DNA of 64,000 nucleotides from an uncultured delta proteobacterium (GCA_963847445.1 CAWJZV010000046.1:288001-352000), one strand, 5' to 3'; counted from the stretch's first letter, positions 23,659-34,833 are shown. The notes: a model not told the origin generated them from the letters alone. A program made the numbers and translations.

Positions 23659-24765
23659 ATGGCATACTACATAGATCTTTTCTCACCCGAGACTTACGAA
23701 GCGTTCAAGCGCTCGCCACGCGATATCTCGGGTTTTCGAATACGCCACAAGGGGATGGCCGAACGAATTAAGTCGGGGGACCTATTGGTTTGTTATATGA
23801 CTCGGCTCTCGCGATGGTTTGGCGCGCTCGAAGTTACTGAGGGTCCATTTATAGACGATAAGCCGATCTTTGTTCCAGAAAACGATCCATTCGTCGTGCG
23901 ATTCCGGGTGCTCACATTGGTATGGCTAGACGTAGACAGGGCTATTCCGATTCATGATGACGAAATCTGGAATGGTCTCTCGTTCACACGAGGTCTGGAA
24001 CATGGTTCCACTGCTTGGACTGGGAAAGTTCGAGGTAGTTTAGTCCGCCTCGAAGATCGTGATGGACAGTTCCTAACGCGAAAAACTTCAAGCTCAAACC
24101 GTGCAAGGGAAGACGTACGCGGTCACCGAGGATGATGCGCGAAAGCTGGCTACGCACACAGTTAACCGTCCAGACAAAGTCGTAACTGTGTCAGTACCGG
24201 AAGATTATGGTTCCGCGGAGGATTTCGAACCTCAAGAGGAAATCACAACTCGGGAGTCGACCAGAATCCAAGCTCTAATTGCGAGCATCGGCGCTCAAAT
24301 GGGTTTAGCCATTTGGCTGCCGCGAGCGGATCGTGGTGCTGTGTTGAGAGAGTGGAAAAGCGAATCGCACAACCTGCTTGCTCGCCTTCCGTTAAATTAT
24401 GACGACACAACTCTTCGCACGATTGAGCAGATCGACGTAATTTGGTTGCGCGGACGCTCGATTGTCAGAGCTTTCGAAGTGGAACATACGACATGCAGTC
24501 TACTCGCGGCATACTACGCATGGCTGATCTCCTGGCGCTGCAACCAAATATGGACATTAGACTTCACATTGTGGCGCCGGTCTCCAAACGCGATAAAGTC
24601 TTCTCGGAGATTCGACGCCCAGTTTTTTCATTACTTGAAAGAGGCCCGCTTGCGGACAGTTGCACGTATCTGTCGTACGATAGTCTTCGCGAGCTTGCAG
24701 CCGACAAGCACCTCGCACATCTTTCGGATAGCGTACTTGATGAATATGCGGAAGAGGCTGAGTAA
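23659..24765 (+). CDS. EVE-domain protein fused to a PD-(D/E)xK-like endonuclease domain (2 frameshifts)
   Basis: N-terminal YYIDLFSPETY...IKSGDLLVCYMT (EVE/PUA-like); C-terminal IDVIWL...AFEVEHT...GILRMADL; lower GC than flanks. Confidence 0.8.
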
Positions 24766-24934
24766 GGCCGAATGATAAAAGGTAATGACACGAGGGGCAG
24801 AAATCCCATCGGGCCCAGATCTGGAAATTAAGCATGCCTGTAGGGGTTTGGACTAGAACTCTACGAAAATCCCTGCGCCAATAACAGCGCATGAATCCCA
24901 TTTGAATATCTCTGCGAAGTAAACTGTAAGCCGG

Positions 24935-24970
24935 GCATGCGGTCGCGTTTTTCAGGGCGCGACCGCATGC
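24935..24970. terminator. Strong hairpin between convergent genes
   Basis: Perfect 13-bp stem GCATGCGGTCGCG/CGCGACCGCATGC. Confidence 0.6.
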
Positions 24971-25007
24971 TCCGGCCTGACAATCGATCTCACTCGTGAG
25001 GCGAATT

Positions 25008-25298
25008 CTACTTCACTTCGTAACGCTTGACGGTGGCGCGCCCGCCTTGCAGGCCGCGGGAGTGTTTCTGAATCTCCGTGTGGGCTTCGCTTTTTCGATA
25101 CTTGTCGATGCTCGCCTGACTGTCCCACTCGGAATAGGAGATGAATTCGCCGCGCTCATCGGCGCATTCCAATAGTTTTTCGGACAGACATCCCGGTTGC
25201 TTGATCATGAGAGGGGCGCAGTGGTTTTTCCACAGGCTGATCGCTTGCGAAACCTGATCCGGCTTTACGGTAACGAAAATCATTCTGACAATCGACAT
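25008..25298 (-). CDS. Antibiotic biosynthesis monooxygenase (ABM) family protein
   Basis: VTVKPDQ; QPGCLS; FISYSEWDS..YRKSEAH; AAGGAGG RBS. Confidence 0.85.
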   Translation of the reverse strand: MSIVRMIFVTVKPDQVSQAISLWKNHCAPLMIKQPGCLSEKLLECADERGEFISYSEWDSQASIDKYRKSEAHTEIQKHSRGLQGGRATVKRYEVK

Positions 25299-25663
25299 AA
25301 TGACCTCCTTGTCAATAAATCAAAGCCAAGACACTTACTTGCTGGAAGATTGTGCGGCGAATTACCTGGTCAGTAGCTTAATGAGCACAACCCTCTTTTG
25401 TCCCTCCTTTCGAATCTACTCTTTAAATTACCATCTATCACAAGATAGGGAAGAACCATATTAATTTTACCAGCAACATTGTCGGCTGGACAATTGTCCT
25501 GGCAGACAACGATTTGCAATCGTGGTAATCAAAACTGTGGAAGTCGCCTGAAGCACGGAAATACTCGCGCGAAGGTTTCAAGGACTGCCCAGCGATTGTG
25601 GACTTCTAATTAGATTCTCGGCGGCATTGGCGGTGTCACGCAAACGGATCAAAAGGAGGGAAT

Positions 25664-26029
25664 ATGTCGATCAAGCTGAATCACACGATTGTGCCGGCAA
25701 AGGATAAAGAGGCGGCGGCGAGTTTCTTCGCGCAGATTTTTGGCCTCAAGTACGATGGGCCGATGGGTCATTTTGCGCCGGTAAGGGTTAACGAGGAGTT
25801 GACGCTGGACTTCGATAACGCCGAGTCGTTCGAGCCGCACCATTATGCATTTCACGTCAGCGATGAGGAATTTGACGCGATCTTTCAGCGTATTCAGAAA
25901 GCCGGTATTACCTGGGGCAGCGAGCCGCGGAGTCCGACGAATCGCCAATTGAATACTCGCAAGGGCGGGCGCGGAATTTACTTTCATGGTTCCGACGGCC
26001 ACTTGCTCGAACTACTCACACGCGCTTAA
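25664..26029 (+). CDS. VOC family protein
   Basis: LNHTIVPA; HHYAFHVSDEEFDAIF; GGRGIYF..DGHLLEL. Confidence 0.92.
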   Translation: MSIKLNHTIVPAKDKEAAASFFAQIFGLKYDGPMGHFAPVRVNEELTLDFDNAESFEPHHYAFHVSDEEFDAIFQRIQKAGITWGSEPRSPTNRQLNTRKGGRGIYFHGSDGHLLELLTRA

Positions 26030-26146
26030 CGACGGGGTTTGATCAGAACAGATAACAAGATCGGGCTTTGCTTCCAGGTATTATCGTAACGCAGCTTGGC
26101 GATCAGATCTCGACAGGCGCCCGTTCCGTTTAGCTGCCCCAGAATG

Positions 26147-26185
26147 ACGCGGGGGCGCGAGGTTGGCGTCCTCGTGCCCCCGCGT
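26147..26185. terminator. GC-rich hairpin between convergent genes
   Basis: ACGCGGGGGCGCGAGG/CCTCGTGCCCCCGCGT. Confidence 0.6.
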
Positions 26186-26223
26186 TTGGGCTATCGTGCT
26201 AATGCGGTGATGATCGAGCAGAA

Positions 26224-27821
26224 TTACTGGCCGCGCGTCGCCGGATCGACGCCGGCGAATTTCAAAAAGTCGATCATGCGAAAACTCTCCGGCGTGCCGC
26301 CAAAGGTTGGCAGCGTGGGCAGCCAATTGCGCTGCGAGTTGAGATAGGAATCGTCATCGAGTTGGAGCAAGCCGATGAATACCTCGGCGACAATGCGTCC
26401 GCCGACCGGACCCAGGCGCAGGCCGTCTTCCATCAGTTCCGCTTCTTTCAGGATGTAGTAGAAGAGCGGCGTCGACTCGACGAAGCTCGGCAAGATCGCC
26501 TTCAACTCGCCCAGATCGCTGTTGCTCAACTGCGGCACTCCCATGGCTTTGGCGATCGCCTGGCCCGACGGCACCTCCCAGGTCAAGGTGCGCAGGAGAT
26601 TGCGCGTCATCAGCGATGTGGGTGGTGTGCCGCTGAAAATCGTTTGCAGCGGTAGGTTGAACAGCGGCGTCGAGATCTTGGTGTCGATCCGTTTATTCGG
26701 ACGGACATCGGCTTCGAATCCAGGAAAATTAAAAAATGTTTGCCAGCCGATGAACCGCCGCGGTGCGCGCGCGCCGCCGCGTAGATCGATGGGATCGGCC
26801 TGGCCTTGACCCGCGGGCTCGAAGACCATGCCGAAGAACGGCTTACCGTTGTCGCCCGCTAGATTGGCGCGGTAGGACGGCCGGATCATGCTGTGACCGA
26901 AACGATAACCGATCTGAAACTCCACTGGAATGAACGCCTCTTCGCGCGGGCGGTAATACTTTCGACCGCCTTTCAACACCGTGTCGACCATGGGTTGACC
27001 GACGAACGACGGGTAAAAACTCGTGCAAGTATCATCCACTGGTAATGCCAAATGGCGAGGCGGCGCGCCCGGTGAAAAGCGTTGTAGTTATTGATTCTCG
27101 GATGCTGTGCGCGCACCAGATCGACGGCGTTGTTGTGAAATTTTAACAATGCCGCCTGGAGGCCTGAAATTATCATATTCTCGTCGTTGCGGGGATCGGC
27201 AATGATCGCCGCGTTGGTCGTGGGATTGCGCGGCAGGTCCTCGAATAGCCCGCTGTTCTCGACCAGAAACTTGATCCGGTCGTCGGTACGATACAATCTC
27301 GGCGAGTCGGCCGGCCCGCCGCCATAGACCGAGTCGAGGTCGAAGATCGGAATACGCGCGTTTGGGGATCTTCTAGGGATGGCTGGAATTCCCAAACGAG
27401 TCGTCTGGTCAAAGGTCATGTCATGGTCGAGAAATTGCCCCATGAAGGTCGTGCCGGCGGTATGCTCCGGGTTGTTACGGTTGCCGTTACTCAGAGTTAA
27501 ATCGGTGATCAGCAGGATCGGTCCCTTGGCAAGGTCGTCCTTGGCGTCGAGGATGCCGCCAGGCTTGCCGAGTTCGGTCAGCGCGGCGCGCACTGTGTCC
27601 GTGGCTGCGGCGAATGGCGCGAGCCGAAACATTCTACCGAAGTTGTCGCCTTCCGAATGTTCTGGTCGCCGTCCCCGTTCTTCGTCTTCAGCTGCCCTTC
27701 CTGATGGTACTCCTAGGGCAGTAAGAGCCCAGGCACTTGCCGCTCCCGTGCCGACTTTTTTCAGGAACTGCCGGCGGCCGAGATCGACCCTCGCGACGTG
27801 TTTTAGTTTTTGTTTGTTCAT
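26224..27821 (-). CDS. Tat-exported heme peroxidase, peroxidase-cyclooxygenase superfamily (1 frameshift)
   Basis: GRRQFLK Tat motif; GQFLDHD; LDSVYG; DPRNDEN; YRFGHSMIR; LGPVGGRIVAE. Confidence 0.9.
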
Positions 27822-27951
27822 AAATTTCTCTCCTCTTCTTGTGTAGTCAAACTTCTACGGCTCCGACGCGGCCCATCGTCGGCGGGATCGAGTTCGTTGT
27901 ACGTTCGCACTGCCCGGATATTGATTGTTTGCGGAGTTCGAGCGAAAGAGC

Positions 27952-27967
27952 AGCAATTAGTCGGCCA
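27952..27967 (-). promoter_or_regulatory. Sigma-54 -24/-12 promoter candidate for the peroxidase
   Basis: Minus strand TGGCCGACTAATTGCT (GG-N10-GC). Confidence 0.45.
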
Positions 27968-28243
27968 TTGGCGCGGTTGTTTATTCCGCAACGGACTAAA
28001 ACTATCGATGCGCTAAAAGCGTAGAAATTGACGCGCGGTCGTATAAACTGGGAAAAAATTTGTCTTGGCGCGCAGCGCAGCGGCGCCTGATCGAACGCGG
28101 CAACGGACAATATTGTTTGTCGTCAACTCAGAATGAGCAGAGAGCGCCGATTACAAAGTTCGCAGCCGTGCTCGACATCCCATCGCTTCTTGTTATATGG
28201 AATGCGTATTATTAATTTTGAAAGGAAACCCGGAGTTCGACTT

Positions 28244-29246
28244 ATGATGATTCACAAGATCTGCGCATGTTTTTGTCTGTCAATGATGTTGTTGTTGAGT
28301 GCCCGCGCCGAGTCACAGGAGAAAAAACTCGACCGTTCTGCGTGTCGGCGGCGGTTCGGCGTCGGCGGCGCAGATGACGATCTGGTTCGCTAAAGAAGCC
28401 GGTTTCTATGAGAAGCATGGGCTCAATGTCGAGGTGATTAGCATTCCGGGTAGTTCGCTGGCGATACAAGCGATGTTGTCGGGGGAGTTGCCGATCATTC
28501 AAGCCGGCGGCGCCGGCCCGATTCAAGCCGCGCTTTCGGGAACCGACACGGTGATTCTTGCGACCATCGTGAAAAAATTTAACTGGTGGATTTTCGGCCA
28601 ACCGAATATCGCGCGAGTGGAGGACTTGAAGGGCAAGATTTTTGGCGTGACCCGCTTCGGCACCCAGTCCGATCTGGCGTCGCGCATTGCTCTACGCAAG
28701 GCCGGGCTCGAGCCGGAGCGGGATGTGACGATGATTCAAACCGGCGGGCCGGCGGAAACCGTAACCGCCATGGCTGCGGGCCGGGTCAACGCGGCGGCGA
28801 TCAGCCCGCCGGCGACGCTGCAAGCGAAGCGATTGAAGCTCAAGGATTTGATGGATCTGACCACCCTCGATGTCGAATATCACGTCAATGGCGTGGTGAC
28901 GACGCGGCGCTACTTGAAGGCCAACGAAGATATCGCCCGGCGTTTTCTGCGCGCCTATACCGAAGGCGCGGTGCGCGGCATGAAAGACAAGGCCTTCGCG
29001 ATCAAGACCATGGGCAAGTATTTTCGCACCGACGACAAAGAGGTGCTCGACGAAACCTACGAGCTCAGCATCAAGAACGGGTTCACCGTGCCGCCGTACC
29101 CGGCGGGCATTCCCGGTCTCTTGCAAGATTTGGAACGAACTATGCCCAAAGCCAAAACCGCCAAGCCTGAGGAGTTTATCGACAATCGCTTGGTGCGCGA
29201 AATGGATCAGAGCGGCTTCGTGAAGTCGCTGCTGGCGGCGAAGTGA
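28244..29246 (+). CDS. ABC substrate-binding protein, NMT1/SsuA-like (5' frameshift)
   Basis: WFAKEAGFYEKHGLNV; DLKGKIFGVTRFG. Confidence 0.9.
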
Positions 29247-29267
29247 GGCCGAGCATTGGGAAAATCA

Positions 29268-29430
29268 TCCCGCAAAGGCTAAGTGACAGGTTAGAGGCCT
29301 GTCATCCCGAGCGAATGCGAGGGATCTAAGATGGATTTCTCCCTATCGGTCGAAATGACATAGCCCTTATTTTCCTTTGCGCCCTTAGCGTGCTTGGCGC
29401 GAGATATTCCGAATCTCGGTTGCCGCGGGG
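29268..29430. repeat. Composite element: 9-bp-unit arms around a GTCATCCCGAGCG...TCGAAATGAC REP-like core
   Basis: Related to the two inverted units at 49370-49727. Confidence 0.75.
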
Positions 29431-29478
29431 CCCGGGTAACCGTTCGTAGTGAATTCAAATCCTCTGTAGGAGCAGTCG

Positions 29479-30453
29479 ATGGCGCTATCCACTGACGATA
29501 AATTTCGCGTGACGCTACTCGGCACCGGCGCGCCGCCGCCGCGCTTGGATCGTTTTGGGCCGAGCACATTGGTCGAAGTCGGCAAGCAGAACTTTATTTT
29601 CGACGCCGGTCGCGGGGCGATGCAGCGGCTCCATCAATTGGCCATTCCGTTTAGCGATATCACCGGGCTTTTTCTCACCCATCATCACTCGGATCATGTC
29701 GTCGGCTTTCCCGATCTCTGGCTCACCGGCTGGATCGGCCGGCCCTGGGGGCAGCGGGCGCAGCCGTTACCGGTTTACGGTCCCGAAGGAACGCGGCAGA
29801 TGATGGAGCACCTGCCGCTGGCGTTTCATGTCGATATTCGCGTGCGCAGCCGGAGCTATCCGCCGGACGGCGTTAAACTGGACGCCCGCGAGATCCGCCA
29901 AGGCGTGGTGTTCGACCATGACGGCGTCAAGGTCAGTGCGTTCGAGGTCGATCATGGCGGCGAAGAGTTGCCGGCCTATGGTTACCGCATCGATTACCAA
30001 GGGCGCTCGGCGGTGCTGTCGGGCGACACCACGTTCAACGAAAACTTAATTCACCACGCTCAGGGTGTCGACTTGTTGGTGCACGAGGTGACCGCGGCGG
30101 CCGGCAGCGCGGCGGAGAATCCGCAGCAACTAAAACGGATCGGCGCCAACCACACGACGCCGGAGCAGGCCGGTGAGGTATTCGCGCGGGTGCGGCCGAA
30201 GCTGGCGGTTTACAATCATCTGTTGCTGTTCGGCAGCGCACAGCCCGAAGATTTGATCCCGGCGACGCGAAAAAAATATGACGGACCGTTGATCGTCGGA
30301 TCGGACTTGCTGCAGATCGAGATCGGCAGCGAGATTCTCAGCAGACCGTTCCGGCCCAAGATTTGGTCAGTGAGGACGGCAGCGGCGCCAGTTTTCCGGA
30401 GATGCGAGTCCGGTGCACGCAGGAAATGCCGGACATTGCCTCACAGCTGTTGA
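29479..30453 (+). CDS. MBL-fold hydrolase, RNase Z/AtsA-like
   Basis: LLGTG; THHHSDHVVG; SGDT; LVHE; HTTP; 3' end uncertain. Confidence 0.9.
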   Translation: MALSTDDKFRVTLLGTGAPPPRLDRFGPSTLVEVGKQNFIFDAGRGAMQRLHQLAIPFSDITGLFLTHHHSDHVVGFPDLWLTGWIGRPWGQRAQPLPVYGPEGTRQMMEHLPLAFHVDIRVRSRSYPPDGVKLDAREIRQGVVFDHDGVKVSAFEVDHGGEELPAYGYRIDYQGRSAVLSGDTTFNENLIHHAQGVDLLVHEVTAAAGSAAENPQQLKRIGANHTTPEQAGEVFARVRPKLAVYNHLLLFGSAQPEDLIPATRKKYDGPLIVGSDLLQIEIGSEILSRPFRPKIWSVRTAAAPVFRRCESGARRKCRTLPHSC

Positions 30454-30501
30454 CTAGCGGTGAGTTGCTGGGATAACCCAATCTAAGGAAATATCGATCG
30501 A

Positions 30502-31497
30502 ATGAAAGCAATTGTTAAATGGCTAATTTGCTTGGGCTGGTTTGCGCTGGCGTCGATCGCGTCTGCCGCCGCGCTCCTCGAGCCGGTCACCATCGGCTAC
30601 TCGACTTTTTCCGGCGCCTACCTGCCGCTATGGATTGCTATTGAAGAACGATTGGGCGCTAAATACGGTCTCGATATGCGGGCGATCTATGCCGGCCGAA
30701 TCAGACCGCAACAGCTCCTGGCAAGCAATGAAGTGCCGTTTGTCATGGCTTCAGGCACCGGCGCTCTCACTTCGCATATTCTCGGCGTCAAGGACCAAGC
30801 GATCATCTTGGTGACGATCAACAAGGTCAATTCGGCGATTTTCAGCAGACCGGAGATCAAGCGGGCCGAGGATCTGCGCGGTAAAACCATCGCCACCGGC
30901 CGCCCCGGCGCCTTCGGCGATACCATGGTGCGCTATGTTTTGCGGGCCAAGCTTGGGCTCGTGCCGGATCGCGACGTGAAGATGCTGCCGATGGGCGAAG
31001 CGCAGTTGGCTTTCCCTGCGCTGGAACGCGGCGTCGTCCAGGCGGCGTCGTTGACCATGCCGTTTACCTTGATCGCCAAGAAAATGGGCTACCGGGAGTT
31101 GATCGACTACGACCAAGCAGGGGTCGTTTATCCGTACAACACAGTCACCGTGCTGCGCCAGACGGTGGTGAAAAATCCCGATCTAACCGAGCGCGTTCTA
31201 AAAACGCTCATCGATGGAAGTCATATCGCCAAGACCGAGCGGGAGAAAAGTTTGGCGGTGATGAAGAAATACATGCGCGGAACCAGCGACGATATCTTGG
31301 AAGAAACCTATCGCTACACTAAGAGCGTAAGCGAAGAGGTGCCGACGCCGTCGTTAGAAATCATCAAGGCGGCGCTGGAAATTCTCTCCTATGAATACCC
31401 CAAAGCGAAAGACACCGATGCCAACCTGATCATTGACACCACGATCATGAAACGCATCGAGCAGAGCGGCTTTATCAAAGCCTTGTATAGAAAATGA
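30502..31497 (+). CDS. ABC substrate-binding protein, NMT1/SsuA-like
   Basis: Signal peptide; DLRGKTIATGRPG; paralog of 32804. Confidence 0.92.
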   Translation: MKAIVKWLICLGWFALASIASAAALLEPVTIGYSTFSGAYLPLWIAIEERLGAKYGLDMRAIYAGRIRPQQLLASNEVPFVMASGTGALTSHILGVKDQAIILVTINKVNSAIFSRPEIKRAEDLRGKTIATGRPGAFGDTMVRYVLRAKLGLVPDRDVKMLPMGEAQLAFPALERGVVQAASLTMPFTLIAKKMGYRELIDYDQAGVVYPYNTVTVLRQTVVKNPDLTERVLKTLIDGSHIAKTEREKSLAVMKKYMRGTSDDILEETYRYTKSVSEEVPTPSLEIIKAALEILSYEYPKAKDTDANLIIDTTIMKRIEQSGFIKALYRK

Positions 31498-31565
31498 AAG
31501 CTTGGAGTGGTGCTAGACTTCGATAAGCGTGTGCCACAACGCCTACGATCGATGTAACCGATAAA

Positions 31566-32588
31566 ATGCTTCGACTTCGCTACAGCGCAATCTATTCAAC
31601 TTTCGCCCTCGCTTTTTATCTGCTCCTTGGTGGGCCCGCTAATGCGGCTTCCGCGCCTTCGAAGATTTTCTTTGCCTACGGAACTCTGAGTGCGCGGCTG
31701 GTTCCTTTCTGGATTGCCGAGGAACAGGGATTCTTCAAAAAGTACGGCGTCCCGGCCGAGCTCGTATTCGTGCGCGGCGCGTCCACGCTCATGGCTGCGC
31801 TGGCTTCGGGAGACGTGCCGATCGGAGTGACCGGCGGAACTCCGGCGCTCGGAGGTGCGGCGGCGGGCGCTGATCTCACGATCGTCGCCAACGTTGCCAA
31901 TCGCGTTAACGTCGAAGTGATGGTGCGACCGGGGACGAAGAGCGTCAACGATTTGCGCGGTAAGCGCTTCGGCTTGCAAAGTTTCGGCGGCACCACTTGG
32001 CTTTACACCATGTTGGCGTTGGATCAGCTAGGCTTGGACCCGGCGCGCGACAATATCCGTCTGTTGGTGGTTGGCGATCAGAACGTTCTCAATCGCGCGC
32101 TGGAAACCGGAACCATCGACGCCTTGGTTCTCAGCACTTCGGTCTTTAGCCGCGCTTTGAAGGAAAAGGGCTTTCCCACTCTCAGCGAGCTTAAATTGGT
32201 GATTGCCGGCATGACAGTCGTTGTGAGAAAATCCTTGGTCCAGCAGCAACCGGGGGTGGTCGAAAATTTGCTCAAGGCACAAATCGAGGGCCTTGCGTTC
32301 ACGCTCAGCCCGCGCCACAAAGCCACGGTCTTAGACACCATCAAGCGGCGCATCAAAGTCGCCAATCTCGACCTGGTCGAACAAGACTTTAAAGAAATCG
32401 TTCAAGAGTTCGAACGCAAACCGTATCCTTCCCTCGATGGGCTGAATAATATTCAGCGCTTGCTGAAAGGTCAAAATCCCAAGCTGGCGCAACTCAAAGT
32501 GGAAGATGCGATCGACGACCGGTTCGTTCGTAAGCTCGACGAGACTGGCTTCATCGACAAAATGTACGCGTCGTACGGTCTGAAGTAA
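31566..32588 (+). CDS. ABC substrate-binding protein, NMT1/SsuA-like
   Basis: WIAEEQGFFKKYG; DLRGKRFG. Confidence 0.92.
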   Translation: MLRLRYSAIYSTFALAFYLLLGGPANAASAPSKIFFAYGTLSARLVPFWIAEEQGFFKKYGVPAELVFVRGASTLMAALASGDVPIGVTGGTPALGGAAAGADLTIVANVANRVNVEVMVRPGTKSVNDLRGKRFGLQSFGGTTWLYTMLALDQLGLDPARDNIRLLVVGDQNVLNRALETGTIDALVLSTSVFSRALKEKGFPTLSELKLVIAGMTVVVRKSLVQQQPGVVENLLKAQIEGLAFTLSPRHKATVLDTIKRRIKVANLDLVEQDFKEIVQEFERKPYPSLDGLNNIQRLLKGQNPKLAQLKVEDAIDDRFVRKLDETGFIDKMYASYGLK

Positions 32589-32803
32589 ACGCCATTGCGC
32601 GAGTGCGATTGGAGTCAGCGAGCCGGCCGAGTTCCGATGCTGCAGATTGCTGCGCGCGGATTTTTTAAAGTGTTTGCTGAAAAATGTTTGCTGATAAGAG
32701 TAAGGTGTAACGCATACAGGCGATTTTTCGCCGCGCTTTACATTGACTAAATCCGGCCACAGTGATAACCGGCAAGGATAATTGCTTGTAGTTTGGAAGG
32801 CAC

Positions 32804-33808
32804 ATGTTTAAAGCCAAAAACTTTGTCGGCAACTCTCTCATAGTCATCTCGTTGTTTCTGATCCCTGAGGTTCGCGCGGCCGCGCGCCTCGAACCATTGA
32901 CCGTCGCTTACTCCAATTTTACCGGCACCTATGCGCCGCTCTGGGTGGCCGTCGACGAGAACCTCGGCGCTAAATATGGTTTGGATTTGAAAGCGATCTA
33001 CGCCGGGCGGATTCGGCCGCAGCAGTTGCTCGCCACCGGCGAAGTGCCGATCGTGCTGGCCACCGCGACCGGGACGATTACCTCGCATATTCTCGGCGTG
33101 AAAGATCATGTGTTGGTGGCGACGATCACCAACAAAGTCGGCACGTCGATATTCGCCCGCGGCGATATCAAAAGCGTCGAAGATCTCAAAGGCAAGACCA
33201 TCGCCACCGGCCGGCCCGGGGCGTTCTTGGACGCGACCGTGCGCTACGTGCTGCGGAGCAAATTCAATCTGATGCCGGACCGCGATGTCAAACTGTTGCC
33301 CACCGGCGAGCCATCCCTCGGTTTGCAGGCCCTGGAGCGGGGAGTGGTCGAAGCGGCGGCGATGTCGAGCCCGCATATGTTTGTCGCGCGCAAAGCGGGA
33401 TTCAGGGAGTTGGCCAGCTTCGACAAGTTGGGCGTCGAATATCCTTACACCAGCGTGGTGGTGCTGCGTCAAACGGTGGTGAAGAGCCCGGACTTGATCG
33501 AGCGCTTCCTAAAGACCATCGTCGAGGGCATTCATGTCTTCAAAACCAACAAGGCGAAAACCATGGCGGCCTTTAAGCGCCACATGAAGGGCGCCGACGA
33601 TGAGATCCTCGAAGCAACCTACCAGCATAGCCGCGCGACTTTGGAAGATGCGCCCCATCCGACCCTCCAGTCGGTGAAAGTGGCGCTGGAAATGTTGGCG
33701 TTGCAATATCCGCAAGCCAAGCAGACCGACCCGAATCCCATCGTCGAACCACTGTTTATGAAGAAGATCGAAGACAGCGGCTTCATCCGGGCGCTGCAAA
33801 AGAAGTAA
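32804..33808 (+). CDS. ABC substrate-binding protein, NMT1/SsuA-like
   Basis: GAKYGLD..AIYAGRIRPQQLLA shared with 30502. Confidence 0.92.
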   Translation: MFKAKNFVGNSLIVISLFLIPEVRAAARLEPLTVAYSNFTGTYAPLWVAVDENLGAKYGLDLKAIYAGRIRPQQLLATGEVPIVLATATGTITSHILGVKDHVLVATITNKVGTSIFARGDIKSVEDLKGKTIATGRPGAFLDATVRYVLRSKFNLMPDRDVKLLPTGEPSLGLQALERGVVEAAAMSSPHMFVARKAGFRELASFDKLGVEYPYTSVVVLRQTVVKSPDLIERFLKTIVEGIHVFKTNKAKTMAAFKRHMKGADDEILEATYQHSRATLEDAPHPTLQSVKVALEMLALQYPQAKQTDPNPIVEPLFMKKIEDSGFIRALQKK

Positions 33809-33813
33809 ACGCC

Positions 33814-34692
33814 ATGGCCGACAGCGACGAGATTCTCTATCACAAGCAGCGCCAGGGCGTGCTGATCACGCTCAACCGGCCGGCGGCGATGAACGCGGCG
33901 ACCCGGCCGATGTTGCACAAGCTCGGCGCGGCGCTCGACGATGCCGTCGCCGATGCGCAAGTGCGCGCCATCGTCCTCACCGGCTCGGGCCGGGGATTTT
34001 CCACCGGCATGGACCAGGGCGGCGGCGCGGCGCACCGGCGCGACATGGACTGGCCCTACGGTGTGCGCGCCGGCGAGAGCGCGGCGGACTTCATCGACAA
34101 CTACCGCGGCCATGAAGCGATCTTCATGCGCATCTTCGAGTGCCCAAAACCGGTCATCGGCGCGATCAACGGCTGGGCCATGGGCGTGGGCTCGTGGATG
34201 TCGCTGTTCACCCACATCACCATCGCGTCCGAACAGGCGGTGTTCGCCCAGCCGGAAGTGCGCCATGGCTCCAATACGGGATTCATCTGGACCTTGCTCG
34301 CCGGCTTCAAAGACGGTCTGCGCTACTCGCTCACCGGCGACCACATCGACGCCCAGGAAGCGCTGCGCATCGGCTTGGTCAATCAAGTGGTGCCCGCCGA
34401 CCGGCTGCTCGACGAGTGCTTCGCCATCGTCGAGCGCATCGCCCTGGTGCCGCCGGAGACCGTCAAGCTCAATCTGCAACTGGCGACCATGGGCATGCAG
34501 ATGATGGGCTTCAAAGACGCCTGGACGATGGATGGGCAACTGTCGGCGGCGGCGCATACGCTGCTACGCGAGGAGCTGCGCCGGCCGCTCGATGAAAAAA
34601 GAAAGGCCGAAGGAACCAAAGCTTATTTGCAGATGCGCGATGGGCCGTTTCAACCGGAACCGTTTGGGCCGCGCGCCAAGCGGCGCGATTAA
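33814..34692 (+). CDS. Enoyl-CoA hydratase/isomerase family protein
   Basis: LITLNRPAAMNA; KPVIGAINGWAMG; QPEVRHG; LTGDHIDAQEALRIGLVN. Confidence 0.92.
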   Translation: MADSDEILYHKQRQGVLITLNRPAAMNAATRPMLHKLGAALDDAVADAQVRAIVLTGSGRGFSTGMDQGGGAAHRRDMDWPYGVRAGESAADFIDNYRGHEAIFMRIFECPKPVIGAINGWAMGVGSWMSLFTHITIASEQAVFAQPEVRHGSNTGFIWTLLAGFKDGLRYSLTGDHIDAQEALRIGLVNQVVPADRLLDECFAIVERIALVPPETVKLNLQLATMGMQMMGFKDAWTMDGQLSAAAHTLLREELRRPLDEKRKAEGTKAYLQMRDGPFQPEPFGPRAKRRD

Positions 34693-34702
34693 GCGCGCCG
34701 CT

Positions 34703-34808
34703 GGTTCAAAACGTTCAATTCGTTCAAATCGTTCAAAATGTCGGAGGAGCAGGCTCCGATAACCTCCGAGACGACTTGAACGATTTGAACTTTTTGAACG
34801 GCTTGAAC
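34703..34808. repeat. Inverted arms of (CGTTCAANN)n 9-bp units
   Basis: GTTCAAAACGTTCAATTCGTTCAAATCGTTCAA...TTGAACGATTTGAACTTTTTGAACGGCTTGAAC. Confidence 0.9.
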
Positions 34809-34833
34809 TCCGGGGAGATTGAAAGAAAGAATT

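Noticed and set aside
26023-26135. attC-like site after the VOC gene (GCTTAAC overlapping the stop)
   Set aside because: The inner hairpin is weak and the spacing to any GTT box does not fit attC.
34703-34808. Periodic repeats as a CRISPR array
   Set aside because: Units are 7-9 bp with no unique spacers, and there are no cas genes.
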